Source: a virus. From it: a stretch of DNA of 64,000 nt. Shown here in pieces: positions 48,801 to 55,274 of the stretch (position 1 is the stretch's first letter; every line of letters starts with the position of its first letter). The DNA lies in IMG/VR virus record IMGVR_UViG_3300010158_000061, positions 7,534 through 71,533 of that record; one strand, 5' to 3'. Both the position numbers and the translations under genes were made by a program. A model generated the notes under the pieces. It was not told the origin of the DNA, searched no databases, and saw nothing but the letters and a program-made list of their open reading frames with translations.

Positions 48801-51335
48801 AACGTTAGTTTTTTGCTGTGCTTGAATCCATTCAATACCATCATACCAAAAAGTAAGTCCAGCTAAAGTATTTCCGTTAATACATACTGTGCATTGATCA
48901 ATTTCTACTGCACCATCATCTGCTTGAGTTAATATTATGATTGGTTGTGCTATCAATGGTTCAACTGTGTCTGGAGTAGCAAAATTTACTATATAAATTT
49001 TGTTGCGTACATTTTCGTCTTCGTCAACAGCAAAAATAACTCGTGAACCTTCAACAAATGTATACCCATCAACTGTGTAACTAGTAGAGCCTTCAACATT
49101 GCTAAATGCATCAGTTTGTGTTAGATCTATGATATCTACAGGGGCCTTGCCTTCTGTACCCATGTCCCATAATCTTATGCCTGAGCGGAATTGTATGATG
49201 GGTCGTTTGGCTCTATAGTTGTTGTCAAAATTAACACTGGTTTTATTGTATTCAGCCGTGGCATTGATTACATCAATATGAAACCAACGATTACTTCTAG
49301 TCCATGCATTTAAATCTTTACTAGCACGACTGATGGTCAAATAATCCGTTTTGGTGGGAGAAAATGTTTGAGTAGCCGAGTCTTCAGCATAGGGTTCGTA
49401 AATAGTAAAATTATCTACAGGTAACAACTCAATTGCTGTACCAACTCCACTCACGTAATATTCATGATCACTAATAGCAATCGCGTTCATAGTACCAGTA
49501 CCCAACTCTAATGTTACTACTATACCATTTTTTGTTTCACTTATGGTAAATTTTTGTTTATTAGCCGAAATTGTTCTAACATAATAAGTTTGTCCAACGG
49601 TAATACCGCCCAGCGTAGGAGACAAAAATAAAATTTCTTGGCCTACATACAAGTCCTTGGCTCCAGATGATGTAATATAATTTGTACCGGCTGCAGTTTG
49701 AGTGCATACTAAAGTTGTTGTGCCCGATTTATAACTAATCGGGGTTACTTCTCCGGTAAATTTCACTTTTAGTCCATTAGTAAACGCTACACCATTGGGG
49801 CTAATATAATTTTTCTTGCCAATAATTTGATCTATGTCTAATATCACAGCACTTGTAGATTCTGACAATTTGATTATGCCAAATATTTCTGGATCAGTGC
49901 CATCTTGGTAGTACAAGGTATCTTGAGCCGCAGTCAACAAAGGAATTTGCTGAATTTTATTGTCTGGAGTTTTGTACCATTGGGTGTTACTGTAGGTGAT
50001 ACCAAATAAAATAGTAAATTTTTCTAAAGTGTTAATGGTAGCAATTTCACTTACTTGCAAATAATCTATCCCATCAACTGTGTTGTATGTAATTTGATAC
50101 TTGTTTACATATTCTGGCTGGTCAACAAACACCAAAGTACGAGTGTTGAGGTTTGTTGTGCCGTCAATACCACCTGTAGCAATAATAAAATCAACCAAGG
50201 GTTGCCCATTAATGTCATCATAATTCATTGATGTCACTATATCTATTGTGCCGATACTGGTTAAATTATAATAAAAATTTTGTGCAGTTTTTTGTGGCAC
50301 GTTGAATACCACCGTGCCTAGATCTTCACCATTGTTGGTTACTCCCACCACATCTCTACTGCTTATATTAGGCGCAAAAGGTAAATCACCACCGACACCG
50401 GGTGCAGTTTGTATCCAAAACCCTGGACCTGTACCGGGTGTGTTATTGACAATGTTTAACACACCTTGCATGTTTTGTTGATTTTCGCTGGCATAATACA
50501 ATGTGTCTGGAGCATCTTGTGGCACAACAAATGTTATCAGTCCGGTGGCAGCACCGTTGCGGGTCACTCCTGAATTATAAGTTTGTCCTTGACCGGTTAC
50601 TGGTGCTGTTTTAATCCAAAAAGGGAATACGCCACCAAGTGTTAGATTAAACACATAGGTATTTCCACGGGCTAAAGTTAGTGCAGGGTTTGATTGACCA
50701 TCTATTACATAGGCCGAAATCCCCAAATTTTGTACTCGATAATTTACTGTTTCTTTTTGATTTTGTGCTACCTGAAATGTGTAACTTCCGCCACGTATTA
50801 ATTCAATTGCGGGGTTCTCTCCGTCTACGCCAGAAAAAGTATAAACACCGTTCTCTCTATTGACCACAAAGTTGTCGGTCGTTGAAATTTCTGTAGCCGA
50901 TACATCAACTACTGCCGGACCGTCGGGCAACCAAAAATACTGGCTAAAGTTTACAAATGTATCAAAATCAACAAACGGATCCCAGGAATAGTAATCGCTA
51001 GAATACAACAAGTCGGGTCGACTGCTGATACCACCCTGAAATCCTATTGCATCATTGAGTCCAGGATAGGTGATGGCGTTTTTAATAGTGTCAGTTTCTG
51101 GTACCAAACTGACCACACCGGGCTCAAGTTGATAATTGGCTCTAGTGGCAGTAGGCTCAATTACATATTTGTCATTAGGGTTAATTCCCGGACCAACTGT
51201 ACGACCAATGAAACCTTGAGTCTTTTTAAAACTGGGCTCTTGTATTAACTGATCCAATGTGGCTGCCAAGAATTGTTTGTTGGCATCAGTTTGAAATATT
51301 TCAGGAAGAAAATCTACACTGCGTACTTTTGCCAT
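36837..51335 (-). CDS. giant 4832-aa baseplate wedge/receptor-binding structural protein
   Basis: Follows the gp6-like gene with TAATG coupling. Contains FG-GAP-like repeats (FGYSVAMS...IGAPG), GSGYxxxPTVxFxG repeats, W..Y..G..V.Y CBM5/12-like modules and EVKPYH. Confidence 0.75.
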   Translation of the reverse strand: MAKVRSVDFLPEIFQTDANKQFLAATLDQLIQEPSFKKTQGFIGRTVGPGINPNDKYVIEPTATRANYQLEPGVVSLVPETDTIKNAITYPGLNDAIGFQGGISSRPDLLYSSDYYSWDPFVDFDTFVNFSQYFWLPDGPAVVDVSATEISTTDNFVVNRENGVYTFSGVDGENPAIELIRGGSYTFQVAQNQKETVNYRVQNLGISAYVIDGQSNPALTLARGNTYVFNLTLGGVFPFWIKTAPVTGQGQTYNSGVTRNGAATGLITFVVPQDAPDTLYYASENQQNMQGVLNIVNNTPGTGPGFWIQTAPGVGGDLPFAPNISSRDVVGVTNNGEDLGTVVFNVPQKTAQNFYYNLTSIGTIDIVTSMNYDDINGQPLVDFIIATGGIDGTTNLNTRTLVFVDQPEYVNKYQITYNTVDGIDYLQVSEIATINTLEKFTILFGITYSNTQWYKTPDNKIQQIPLLTAAQDTLYYQDGTDPEIFGIIKLSESTSAVILDIDQIIGKKNYISPNGVAFTNGLKVKFTGEVTPISYKSGTTTLVCTQTAAGTNYITSSGAKDLYVGQEILFLSPTLGGITVGQTYYVRTISANKQKFTISETKNGIVVTLELGTGTMNAIAISDHEYYVSGVGTAIELLPVDNFTIYEPYAEDSATQTFSPTKTDYLTISRASKDLNAWTRSNRWFHIDVINATAEYNKTSVNFDNNYRAKRPIIQFRSGIRLWDMGTEGKAPVDIIDLTQTDAFSNVEGSTSYTVDGYTFVEGSRVIFAVDEDENVRNKIYIVNFATPDTVEPLIAQPIIILTQADDGAVEIDQCTVCINGNTLAGLTFWYDGIEWIQAQQKTNVQQAPLFNVYDRDNISFGNQIKYPSSNFTGSKLFSYAVGDTTILDPILQLPLQYLNINNVGDIVFDNNLYVDTFIYVVDNVSVTQDISSGAVQQYAGRTAYKKLIGWQSAVVPQQIYQQFKFTYTGATLKLDVEVNAQSSIAVPVIKIYIGSIFLDPGLYTYTVGTDSTVITLTNTYLPTDVIEVAALSSQPSKVGFYQVPDNLQSNPLNANSPAFTLGTIRTHYESICQNLITLTGKINGSNNTRDLGNIIPYGLTILQQSSPLTLAGYFMRSPDFNIFASLQYNSREYIKYKAKMLDAVLTQENIAFKNTANILDTAIQDITFGKVDTQPFYWSDMLPTGVIFASNNYTVGYTTQPTFDTVQVYDFKSANYLGLCVYLNDVLLERGRDYTVSTNPTLTILVTLNIGDVVTINEYNATYGSFVPNTPTKLGLYPAFRPAIVSRVVSNGVTEFIQGHDGSLTPLFGDIRDAVLLEFETRIYSNLKLDDNPVPMTLVDVLPGEFRDTGYTYEQINNIFAGDFLSYCGWNKLDYKQQDYSATNEFTWNYSNVNGRLDNQPLLGAWRGIYRYYYDTEQPSYTPWEMLGFAVEPDWWENTYGPAPYTADNMNLWDDLEAGYVADPIAPYYKSNYARPGLTTVIPTGSEGELLSPLNSVAGTAPLNYSLGAKFNKSWALGDGGPVEASWWNSSAYAFSVMHVLAVTRPAKFFALFADRDLYKFDTDYDQYLYNQRYRLNANNIEVYGNGISKASYIDWIVDFNRQIGIDSTAILTADLDNLDVRLCYRMASYSDKQYIKVFTEKSSPNSTNTTLMIPDESYDIVLYKNQPFDSIRYSAVAVQKVSGGYAVFGYGTTQAYFEILQSQAVGRLQEYSAGGITVRVPTFYTDTVVQVPYGFVFSNETAVSDFLLSYNKLLETQGLTFTDRANGYMLDWPRMVDEFLYWSQQGWNTDAIINLNPLAGGLTVTRAGAIVDNITTETTENLLLDQNSRELPTRTLNIIRTNNTFTIQPLTTQNISFIDLRFTNYEHMIVLSNKSAFGDLIYDPTTGARQNRLNLVAVTTADWNGTIDTPGFILNQNNVEEWTGLRTYSKGELVKYKNVYWSALKIVQPGVKFNFDDWTQSNYTQTEIGLLPNIANKANQLVNSYNINTANIELDNDLLSYGLIGFKPRQYMAALNLDDVSQVNVYKQFLDTKGTILSAELFKSANLSKEAADYTIYENWAVQRAIYGANANRSFFELRLDRALLSSNPSLVQVIVPGQESLADQTIFLSDVWKQSYKLTSPNILPTTTELPTDTGLPTAGYVNVNDADIKVFDISNNSSLNANIDSIEVGTSIWVAKINNYDWNIYRAQAVPGQIQHVCDNLNGTSRVIFSGNHGLVAGNKLIIKFFDVEINGVYQVLSVLDLTTVNIAFAFSPTSRRTVANGTGIGLTLQTMRVSQASDVVNLPYANDILPGARVWIDNNGDGLWEVLEKNTVFSSVVSLEPQILAPNEQYGASVAQGRNQAALLVGSPNYNSSHGGVYVYVPGYDGQYISPLEGEDAILSLSDPVQDMGDRGFGNAIDFGNRTWAVAGASASLSGSPTGNIANTGSACVVYRDPVLGGNGSTPYTTWQLLNPLGGGYTGAEFGYSVAMSLDERWMYIGAPGYNSGVGTVYAYGYVDWQEQSTSAVADGATTTYIINNAIQINDAWQVQVTVNTVVQTPGVDFTVAGNFSTVTFTTPPADGLLIKFARWDSFQLPLLTATFDLAHGIDDQGRKVGLFNVKANNIDSFSVKVNTVLWRPNIDYTLSGTTLTFVTTLGPGDYAVVSSKGYYTLSATLNPVTYGITSGLRVGQSVSCSTDGRQVIIGASNSTVSSKTEAGEVFVFNRNVQKFVKNDDSTNAYTVLGTISGPISVLVNNQFLINQTNSVISTSDASNSFTVYGNTVTIYKTLNVGDIIEIETNYFPQPQVVTQNTVAEFCNFGSALDMCSNDCSIYVGEPQSSQQIFKGGVVERFVNQSRIYGTITATVANPTLIAGDTISINNFEVEVPASNPTVQGLADQINGIPVGSQTGVPNVLATVSASGYLTLSVKNPDATSPFNKLQVAPGAVSYGNGVFSLLGLNNFVWTQTIESPYPVEYAGFGSSLNIDDSAVNLVVGCPKGSLYLITIFDDGTTFFDAGTTIFFSLFIQSGAVYTYDYLPSSTSTLSNPGKFVFGQQVNNTDVAPYDAYGTAVNYTSGFLVAGAPKNDAGDSSLNYGAVFVFENSNKAPAWGIKQIQQPTVDVRLLNSVFLYDKITGAKTEFLDFINPLQGKILGAAKQNINYIGAIDPASYNIGSNNIRGTTWFADHVGEVWWDTSTVRFIDPNQDNITYASRRWAQLFPGSVVDVYQWVVSSTPPSNYTGEGTPYSTLSYTLNTRLTKDGTFATEYYFWVRDITVTSTKVNKTLPISTIASYITDPKASGIPYMAPINSSTIALYNSANYIAASDTVVSIEFDRELTDDNVHVEYELFPQDNPDGILSDNLYLKSQDSFCGVDSFGNKVPDPKLTPADRYGALFRPRQSTFVDRFEALRNYLTRANKILAQYPITEIRTFQLLGASEPEPPQTEIIDGNTITNWNLQVDNLEILGFQNIYSVPLGYKYLVNTDSSQRGLWTIYTVETSDVVVGERILKLTQVQGYNTPAYWSYIDWVKPGYNAGVKILTKVPAYSALATLSVPVGSSVEVIANAQGQYEIYLLTDIGWERVVLQNGTVEISAEIWDYQLGRFGFDIEVFDAQYFDQEPTTETRYIIRALNEEILIDELAIERNRLITLMFNFVLSEFSAPEWLVKTSLIDVNHRIRQLIPYQNYVRDNQEFVLDYIKEVKPYHVTIREFNLQYDGFGKFFGDMNDFDLPAYYNTSLITPKYTSPILLPYAQSDAFNSALTTESNVPSISTLWSDWPYNQWYNNYLLKVTSVTVITSGSGYTNAPTVVFTGDAVVPATGVAIINSFGQVASVVITDGGSGYSATPTVTFSGGNGVGVVATGYTVMNYDVVTSTYTGLVRSIKTTIKYDRFQYFSDVQDWNESGTYRDGTLVRYDNRVWKASSLDSTAVVGPNFNLEDWKLVPARELSGIDRTQGYYVPGVNEPGMDLPLLIDGIAYPGVQVYGNYFLGDPTATDAIYQSEFTDATLGKLPSDINVDGGEFIGLYEGHSPEELVNGAEFDTLDMRVYTRPGADWNRDGHGFQTSSIRYTYNSVITDTFSWAGVVNTPVQVLVSNMTTNLDLTAGIDYTIDWDHQTITVLEVYNSARGNYTVANGDLLNINVYEIGGGSQLYRANYMGENVGSSVVIPVNSSEILSLAIFVNGAITSGATWEPYTASTDWNINDSYVTLDVVNYEGVYYRALQDTIPGITLNNFLYWLEFTPILESLVDFGTTYGVGDGISLTAFGVSTIDAGYFVIGRQYTITELGTTNFVSVGAASNTVGVTFTATGVGSGTGKASTNYEWSTPQSQTFIATAATVSTKTITLTNSMQGTNPANLIVTQNGKRLIPAAGIEWIGDDSSVSFGLPQRITIGQDQINPATDITVWIDNILQPQTYGLNIGTYIVTPWTGSNTPGRQVVFSLPPPSGAIILISESTQADYSVVSNQLTIAPIVNLNDIFNITTWNDTSQQFPLTMVFIGPTVTGLTLAEGFASTNYSPASADNYPGSFDYAVGIAINTNNFYLERTGVLASRLWVTLDGYRLFEGRDFIVTYQDATDNNPAGDYLILSSGIINSAQVLVVTEFTSSIVPDAIAFRIFQDMRGVQATYRITLDTTTILTQDLSATDDIIYVQNSLALAEPNLSLGKFGVIIIDGERIMYRVRNVALNTVSGLFRGTAGTAAADHITDTNVYNMNRVNLLPEPLQNYIVSDSSTGDGSTTIFYAPSIDVGTFDDSTVEVDAIEVYVGGIRQYAYSDTSATSQYRWVISQFDPVAIEFVVDGAEYPALEAPPAGIDVTILVRQCATTWYQLGVGTPSNGIALQDTDTQAARFLRGL

Positions 51336-54300
51336 TAAATTACTCCACTACCTGGTGCAGTACGCAAGTTGGTACTGGTCAATGCTTCAATAACTTCAAT
51401 ATTGTTGATTGTAGCACCATTAACAAATATTTCATAAGGCTCGGAACGTATTTCGTAAAGATCTCCAAAATACTTTTGTGAATTCAATGGCACTAATACC
51501 ACCGAACTAATAATTGTACCAAGTTGTCTGTGCAAGTAAGCCGCAAGTTCACTAAAATAAAAAGTGTCACCAAAGTTCCATTTATCGATTGAAAAATAAT
51601 CGTTCATGGCAGCTACCACAGTGCTTTTGATTTCGCTGGAGCTGGCTGTAGAGTTCGAAGCCCTGATCACTTTAATTGTGGCACGAAGATTTTGTGCGGC
51701 TTTTTCGCCAAATAAAGGTTTGAATACTACTGAATTTAACACAATGTTGTCACTGATCATTTTGTAATCTTGTAAACCCTGATATGCTGTGCTCAATTCA
51801 TCAATTGTGGGCATTGTGGGTGCTGGCACAGTATTGGTGGTATCTCTGATCCAGTTTTGATATGCAGTATAATAGCTCAGTGTCACCACATACAAGTCAA
51901 TAATATTTGTAGTACCTGGATCAATGCGATTGGTCAGAGTTGAATTATGACGATATTGATAATACAGTTGCTGGCGCCCAGTTCTTGCGACCCATTCGCT
52001 AGAAACATCAATTAAGGTTCTAACTCCAGCTGTGCTTAACGACAACTGGTAAAATGCATCTTCAGAGTAGGCATAAAATACCTGTCCTGGACTCCACTCA
52101 GTTGTAACTACTGCAATATCATTATAGGTAGGGTAGTCACTAGTGACAACACCTGCTTCTACTAACAAATACCTTTGTAAATTATCAAAGTCCACAGTTT
52201 TTTGCAAGTATATATATTTTTGTGTTGGATTGGTATCAGGAGCAACAATTTCGTTAAAAAAGTCAGGATTATCAGGCACGCCATCATTGTCGCTGTCGCG
52301 ATATCCTACTAGCACCTGGAAATCATCAACATAGCCGTCACTCTCAACTGGCTGGCCAGTAATAGTCATAATGATATCACCGGGCAAGTGATTGGTAGAA
52401 TCAGGTTGTGTATTCACTGCAAGACAATTAATAAAATCTTTAATCACAGTTCCTGTGCGGGAATCATACACCATCTCGCCGACATTTTGATTGAAAAAGA
52501 ATCTTGTTTGTAACACACTTCCAAAATTATAAGCTAGTCCACGGAAGGTGACGGTGTAGTTTTGATTTTGCACAACAAATTGAACCATCCAACTGGCATC
52601 TAAGTTTGTGCCTGATGTATTTCCTGCGTATGTTTGGTCCCAGGTGGCATCTGCCGCAAGGTTTGTACTGGTAATCAAATACCATGAGTACGGTACCCCA
52701 GTAATGTCGCCATCGTTGTCGTAACCAATACCAAAGTTACGATTCAATAAAATTTGTTCTGCAATGGCTAATTCTAAAGACTGTGGCAAATCGGTTACAA
52801 AAAGTGGAATAATAGTATCAACTATAGCACCAGTGGGTACAAAGTTATTGAGCGAGACTGGGCCTGCTCCTGACGGTAAATTGCCAAGTCCGTTATTGTA
52901 CCCAGTGCCAACAATTTCTTGGGGACTAGCCCAGATTTCTAATGTTTGATCTGCTGAGGTTGGTGTACCTTGTTGAAGTTTGTTGTTTTTGTCAAAGTAG
53001 TAACCGGTGGGTGGAACAAATTTTATCAAACTACCCACTGCCACATATTTAAAATTTGTAGTAGTTGTAAATCCTACCGGTATCGGCGAGCCATTTGGCC
53101 ATGTAGTAGAATAAGTTGTGTTTCTAAAATATCCTGTGGTTTCGTTGGCCAAGGTGGTGCTTTGAACCCAGTTAGCTCCTGTTACCCAAGTAGTGCCACC
53201 ATATGTGGGCAATGTTGTTGAAGTTACTCTGGGAAAATTAGCATAATAGAATTGACGAGTAGTAGTTTCAGCCAACTTAGGCTGAAACTGATTAGTAATT
53301 GCATCGGCAATTTCGTTACGGTTGATCCACGAAAACAATATTGTAGGTAATATGTTTTGTTCCCATAATCCGCCATCAGTACCAAAACTATTAGTACTAG
53401 AATACTTGCCGGTGTTATCAACTAAATCAAGATAACGACTGGTACCAATACTTGCACGATTCAATGCTTTAGATTTTACAATACTATTGTATTGTGTGTA
53501 GGGAAAAAGGTTGTAGTCTTCACCGTTAACCATGCGATTTTGTGTGTAATATCTGGCCGGTGCACGTTGTTTGATAGCATCAATACTTTCACGTGCCTGG
53601 CTATTTGATACAGGACGAGTAATGCCACAGGTGAATGTCAGTGTTTCTAAATTACCTGCACGACTAATATAGCTAATAGGAATATTAACTGACTGCATTT
53701 CTTCAGGATTAATAATGTATTGCAATCCGTTACTTGCACGAACATAGGCACGGAATGTGCCTACTGGAATTTGTGAAAACACACCATCACCAAATATCAT
53801 GGTAATTTGATCATTGGTTCTTGATGTAACAGAGTAGATAGGTCTTGTATCTGTAGCTACTTGCTCGCCTGCGGCCGCATAGATATTTTCTGTATAATCC
53901 CATTCACGATTTATATTACCCACATTGTCTAATTGAAACAACCAACGGTCTTCGTTATTGACGCCTTCGATGTTGATGTTTACCGTGCGATTGCTCACAC
54001 GCTCGCCAAGGTTAAAGTCTTGATTTTGCAAAACACCTTGTTTGAACATGAAAAAGTAACCAGTATTAGCTGATTGAAATCCTAGACTATCGTTACGAAA
54101 TAACACGTTAAAAGGCACATTTGGTCTTGGTGATGGCTCATAAAGATAATCTCGGCCTACAGAAGTTGAGGTCATTGCTTCAAATGGCATGCTTACACCA
54201 TCCACTGTGGCTGTATATGGCACAACAGGAAGATATCCGGGTACCAAATTGACCGCATATTCGTCTGTGCGAATGCCCAAAATTGTTTGGCGATTGCCAG

Positions 54301-54817
54301 GTCTACCCACTCGTTGTGTGTCTACTAGACTAGCATTGATAATTGTAGTGAATTGTTCTTGCCAATCAGGATTGGTTTGATCTGCCCAATCTACTGTGAC
54401 ATTGGAAAGATTTATACCATTGTAATCTATAACATTTTCTGTTGTGTTAACTGAAAATACTTTTAACAAGCCTTGTGCGGCAATGTTACGCTTGGCTGTG
54501 TAGCCCACTAAATTTGCTAAACGCACAACACTATCTCTACGCTCAGCAGTATCCATGTAGTTTTCGCGAGTATTCAAGTCTGTGCGGAATGCTAGAGCCT
54601 GGCCCATAAATGCAATGACATCCAAAAGAGCAATATATTCTGACGATTCAATGTAGTCATTGAATGTTTCTGGGTAGTACAAGCGCAGATAATCAACAAA
54701 ACTCTTGCGTAAGGTTTCAAAATCATAACTTTGAAAGTCTGCTTCGCGATAGGTTTGGTAGATTTGTTTCCAATCTTCTACACCAAATATCGCTGTTTGT
54801 CTTGTGGTTTTTGCCAT
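51335..54817 (-). CDS. baseplate wedge subunit, T4 gp6-like
   Basis: DFETLRKSFVDYLR...FNDYIESSE..ALLDVIAF...TAERRDSVVRLANLVGY; FGDGVF; ESIDAIKQRAPARYYTQNRMVNGEDY. Confidence 0.88.
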   Translation of the reverse strand: MAKTTRQTAIFGVEDWKQIYQTYREADFQSYDFETLRKSFVDYLRLYYPETFNDYIESSEYIALLDVIAFMGQALAFRTDLNTRENYMDTAERRDSVVRLANLVGYTAKRNIAAQGLLKVFSVNTTENVIDYNGINLSNVTVDWADQTNPDWQEQFTTIINASLVDTQRVGRPGNRQTILGIRTDEYAVNLVPGYLPVVPYTATVDGVSMPFEAMTSTSVGRDYLYEPSPRPNVPFNVLFRNDSLGFQSANTGYFFMFKQGVLQNQDFNLGERVSNRTVNINIEGVNNEDRWLFQLDNVGNINREWDYTENIYAAAGEQVATDTRPIYSVTSRTNDQITMIFGDGVFSQIPVGTFRAYVRASNGLQYIINPEEMQSVNIPISYISRAGNLETLTFTCGITRPVSNSQARESIDAIKQRAPARYYTQNRMVNGEDYNLFPYTQYNSIVKSKALNRASIGTSRYLDLVDNTGKYSSTNSFGTDGGLWEQNILPTILFSWINRNEIADAITNQFQPKLAETTTRQFYYANFPRVTSTTLPTYGGTTWVTGANWVQSTTLANETTGYFRNTTYSTTWPNGSPIPVGFTTTTNFKYVAVGSLIKFVPPTGYYFDKNNKLQQGTPTSADQTLEIWASPQEIVGTGYNNGLGNLPSGAGPVSLNNFVPTGAIVDTIIPLFVTDLPQSLELAIAEQILLNRNFGIGYDNDGDITGVPYSWYLITSTNLAADATWDQTYAGNTSGTNLDASWMVQFVVQNQNYTVTFRGLAYNFGSVLQTRFFFNQNVGEMVYDSRTGTVIKDFINCLAVNTQPDSTNHLPGDIIMTITGQPVESDGYVDDFQVLVGYRDSDNDGVPDNPDFFNEIVAPDTNPTQKYIYLQKTVDFDNLQRYLLVEAGVVTSDYPTYNDIAVVTTEWSPGQVFYAYSEDAFYQLSLSTAGVRTLIDVSSEWVARTGRQQLYYQYRHNSTLTNRIDPGTTNIIDLYVVTLSYYTAYQNWIRDTTNTVPAPTMPTIDELSTAYQGLQDYKMISDNIVLNSVVFKPLFGEKAAQNLRATIKVIRASNSTASSSEIKSTVVAAMNDYFSIDKWNFGDTFYFSELAAYLHRQLGTIISSVVLVPLNSQKYFGDLYEIRSEPYEIFVNGATINNIEVIEALTSTNLRTAPGSGVI

Positions 54818-54837
54818 TTGTCTGCGCCTCTATCTTT

Positions 54838-54844
54838 TATTTAT
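54838..54844 (-). promoter_or_regulatory. ATAAATA late-promoter-like motif
   Basis: Upstream of the gp6-like ATG, followed by a GAGG Shine-Dalgarno. Confidence 0.5.
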
Positions 54845-54864
54845 GGATATCAAAAACGGCTATG

Positions 54865-55242
54865 TTATACATAGGAGGCATTACGTTGTTGTAAATCAAA
54901 AAAGATGCTCAAACGCTCGGCATTACTACTCGGTATCACAGTTAGTTCAAGTTGAATTAGTATGCCATTATCCTGGGGAAAACATTGTACATCGCTAATG
55001 TAAACTCTAGGATCCCCGCCGGCTACTCTTTGTACTTCTTTAACAATTGCATTTTGTAATTCTTCAACTTGATTCTCAAACAGCAAATCCCAAAGTACAG
55101 TGCCGTATGCAGGACGTCCGGGCAGTTGTCCTTGGCGTATGTTGAATGCATTAAGCAAGTCTCGTTTGATTAATGCAAAGTCCGTGAGTGTGAACTTCTT
55201 GTATTGATTTTGTGTATTGAACCCAATGAATGTTTGTGCCAT
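54865..55242 (-). CDS. baseplate wedge subunit, T4 gp25-like
   Basis: LIKRDLLNAFNIRQGQLPGRPAYGTVLWDLLFE...DPRV. Confidence 0.88.
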   Translation of the reverse strand: MAQTFIGFNTQNQYKKFTLTDFALIKRDLLNAFNIRQGQLPGRPAYGTVLWDLLFENQVEELQNAIVKEVQRVAGGDPRVYISDVQCFPQDNGILIQLELTVIPSSNAERLSIFFDLQQRNASYV

Positions 55243-55246
55243 ATGG

Positions 55247-55253
55247 TATTTAT
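55247..55253 (-). promoter_or_regulatory. ATAAATA late-promoter-like motif
   Basis: CATAAATACCAT-ATG(55242). Confidence 0.5.
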
Positions 55254-55274
55254 GGGAGGTTATTCACCGGTTCC

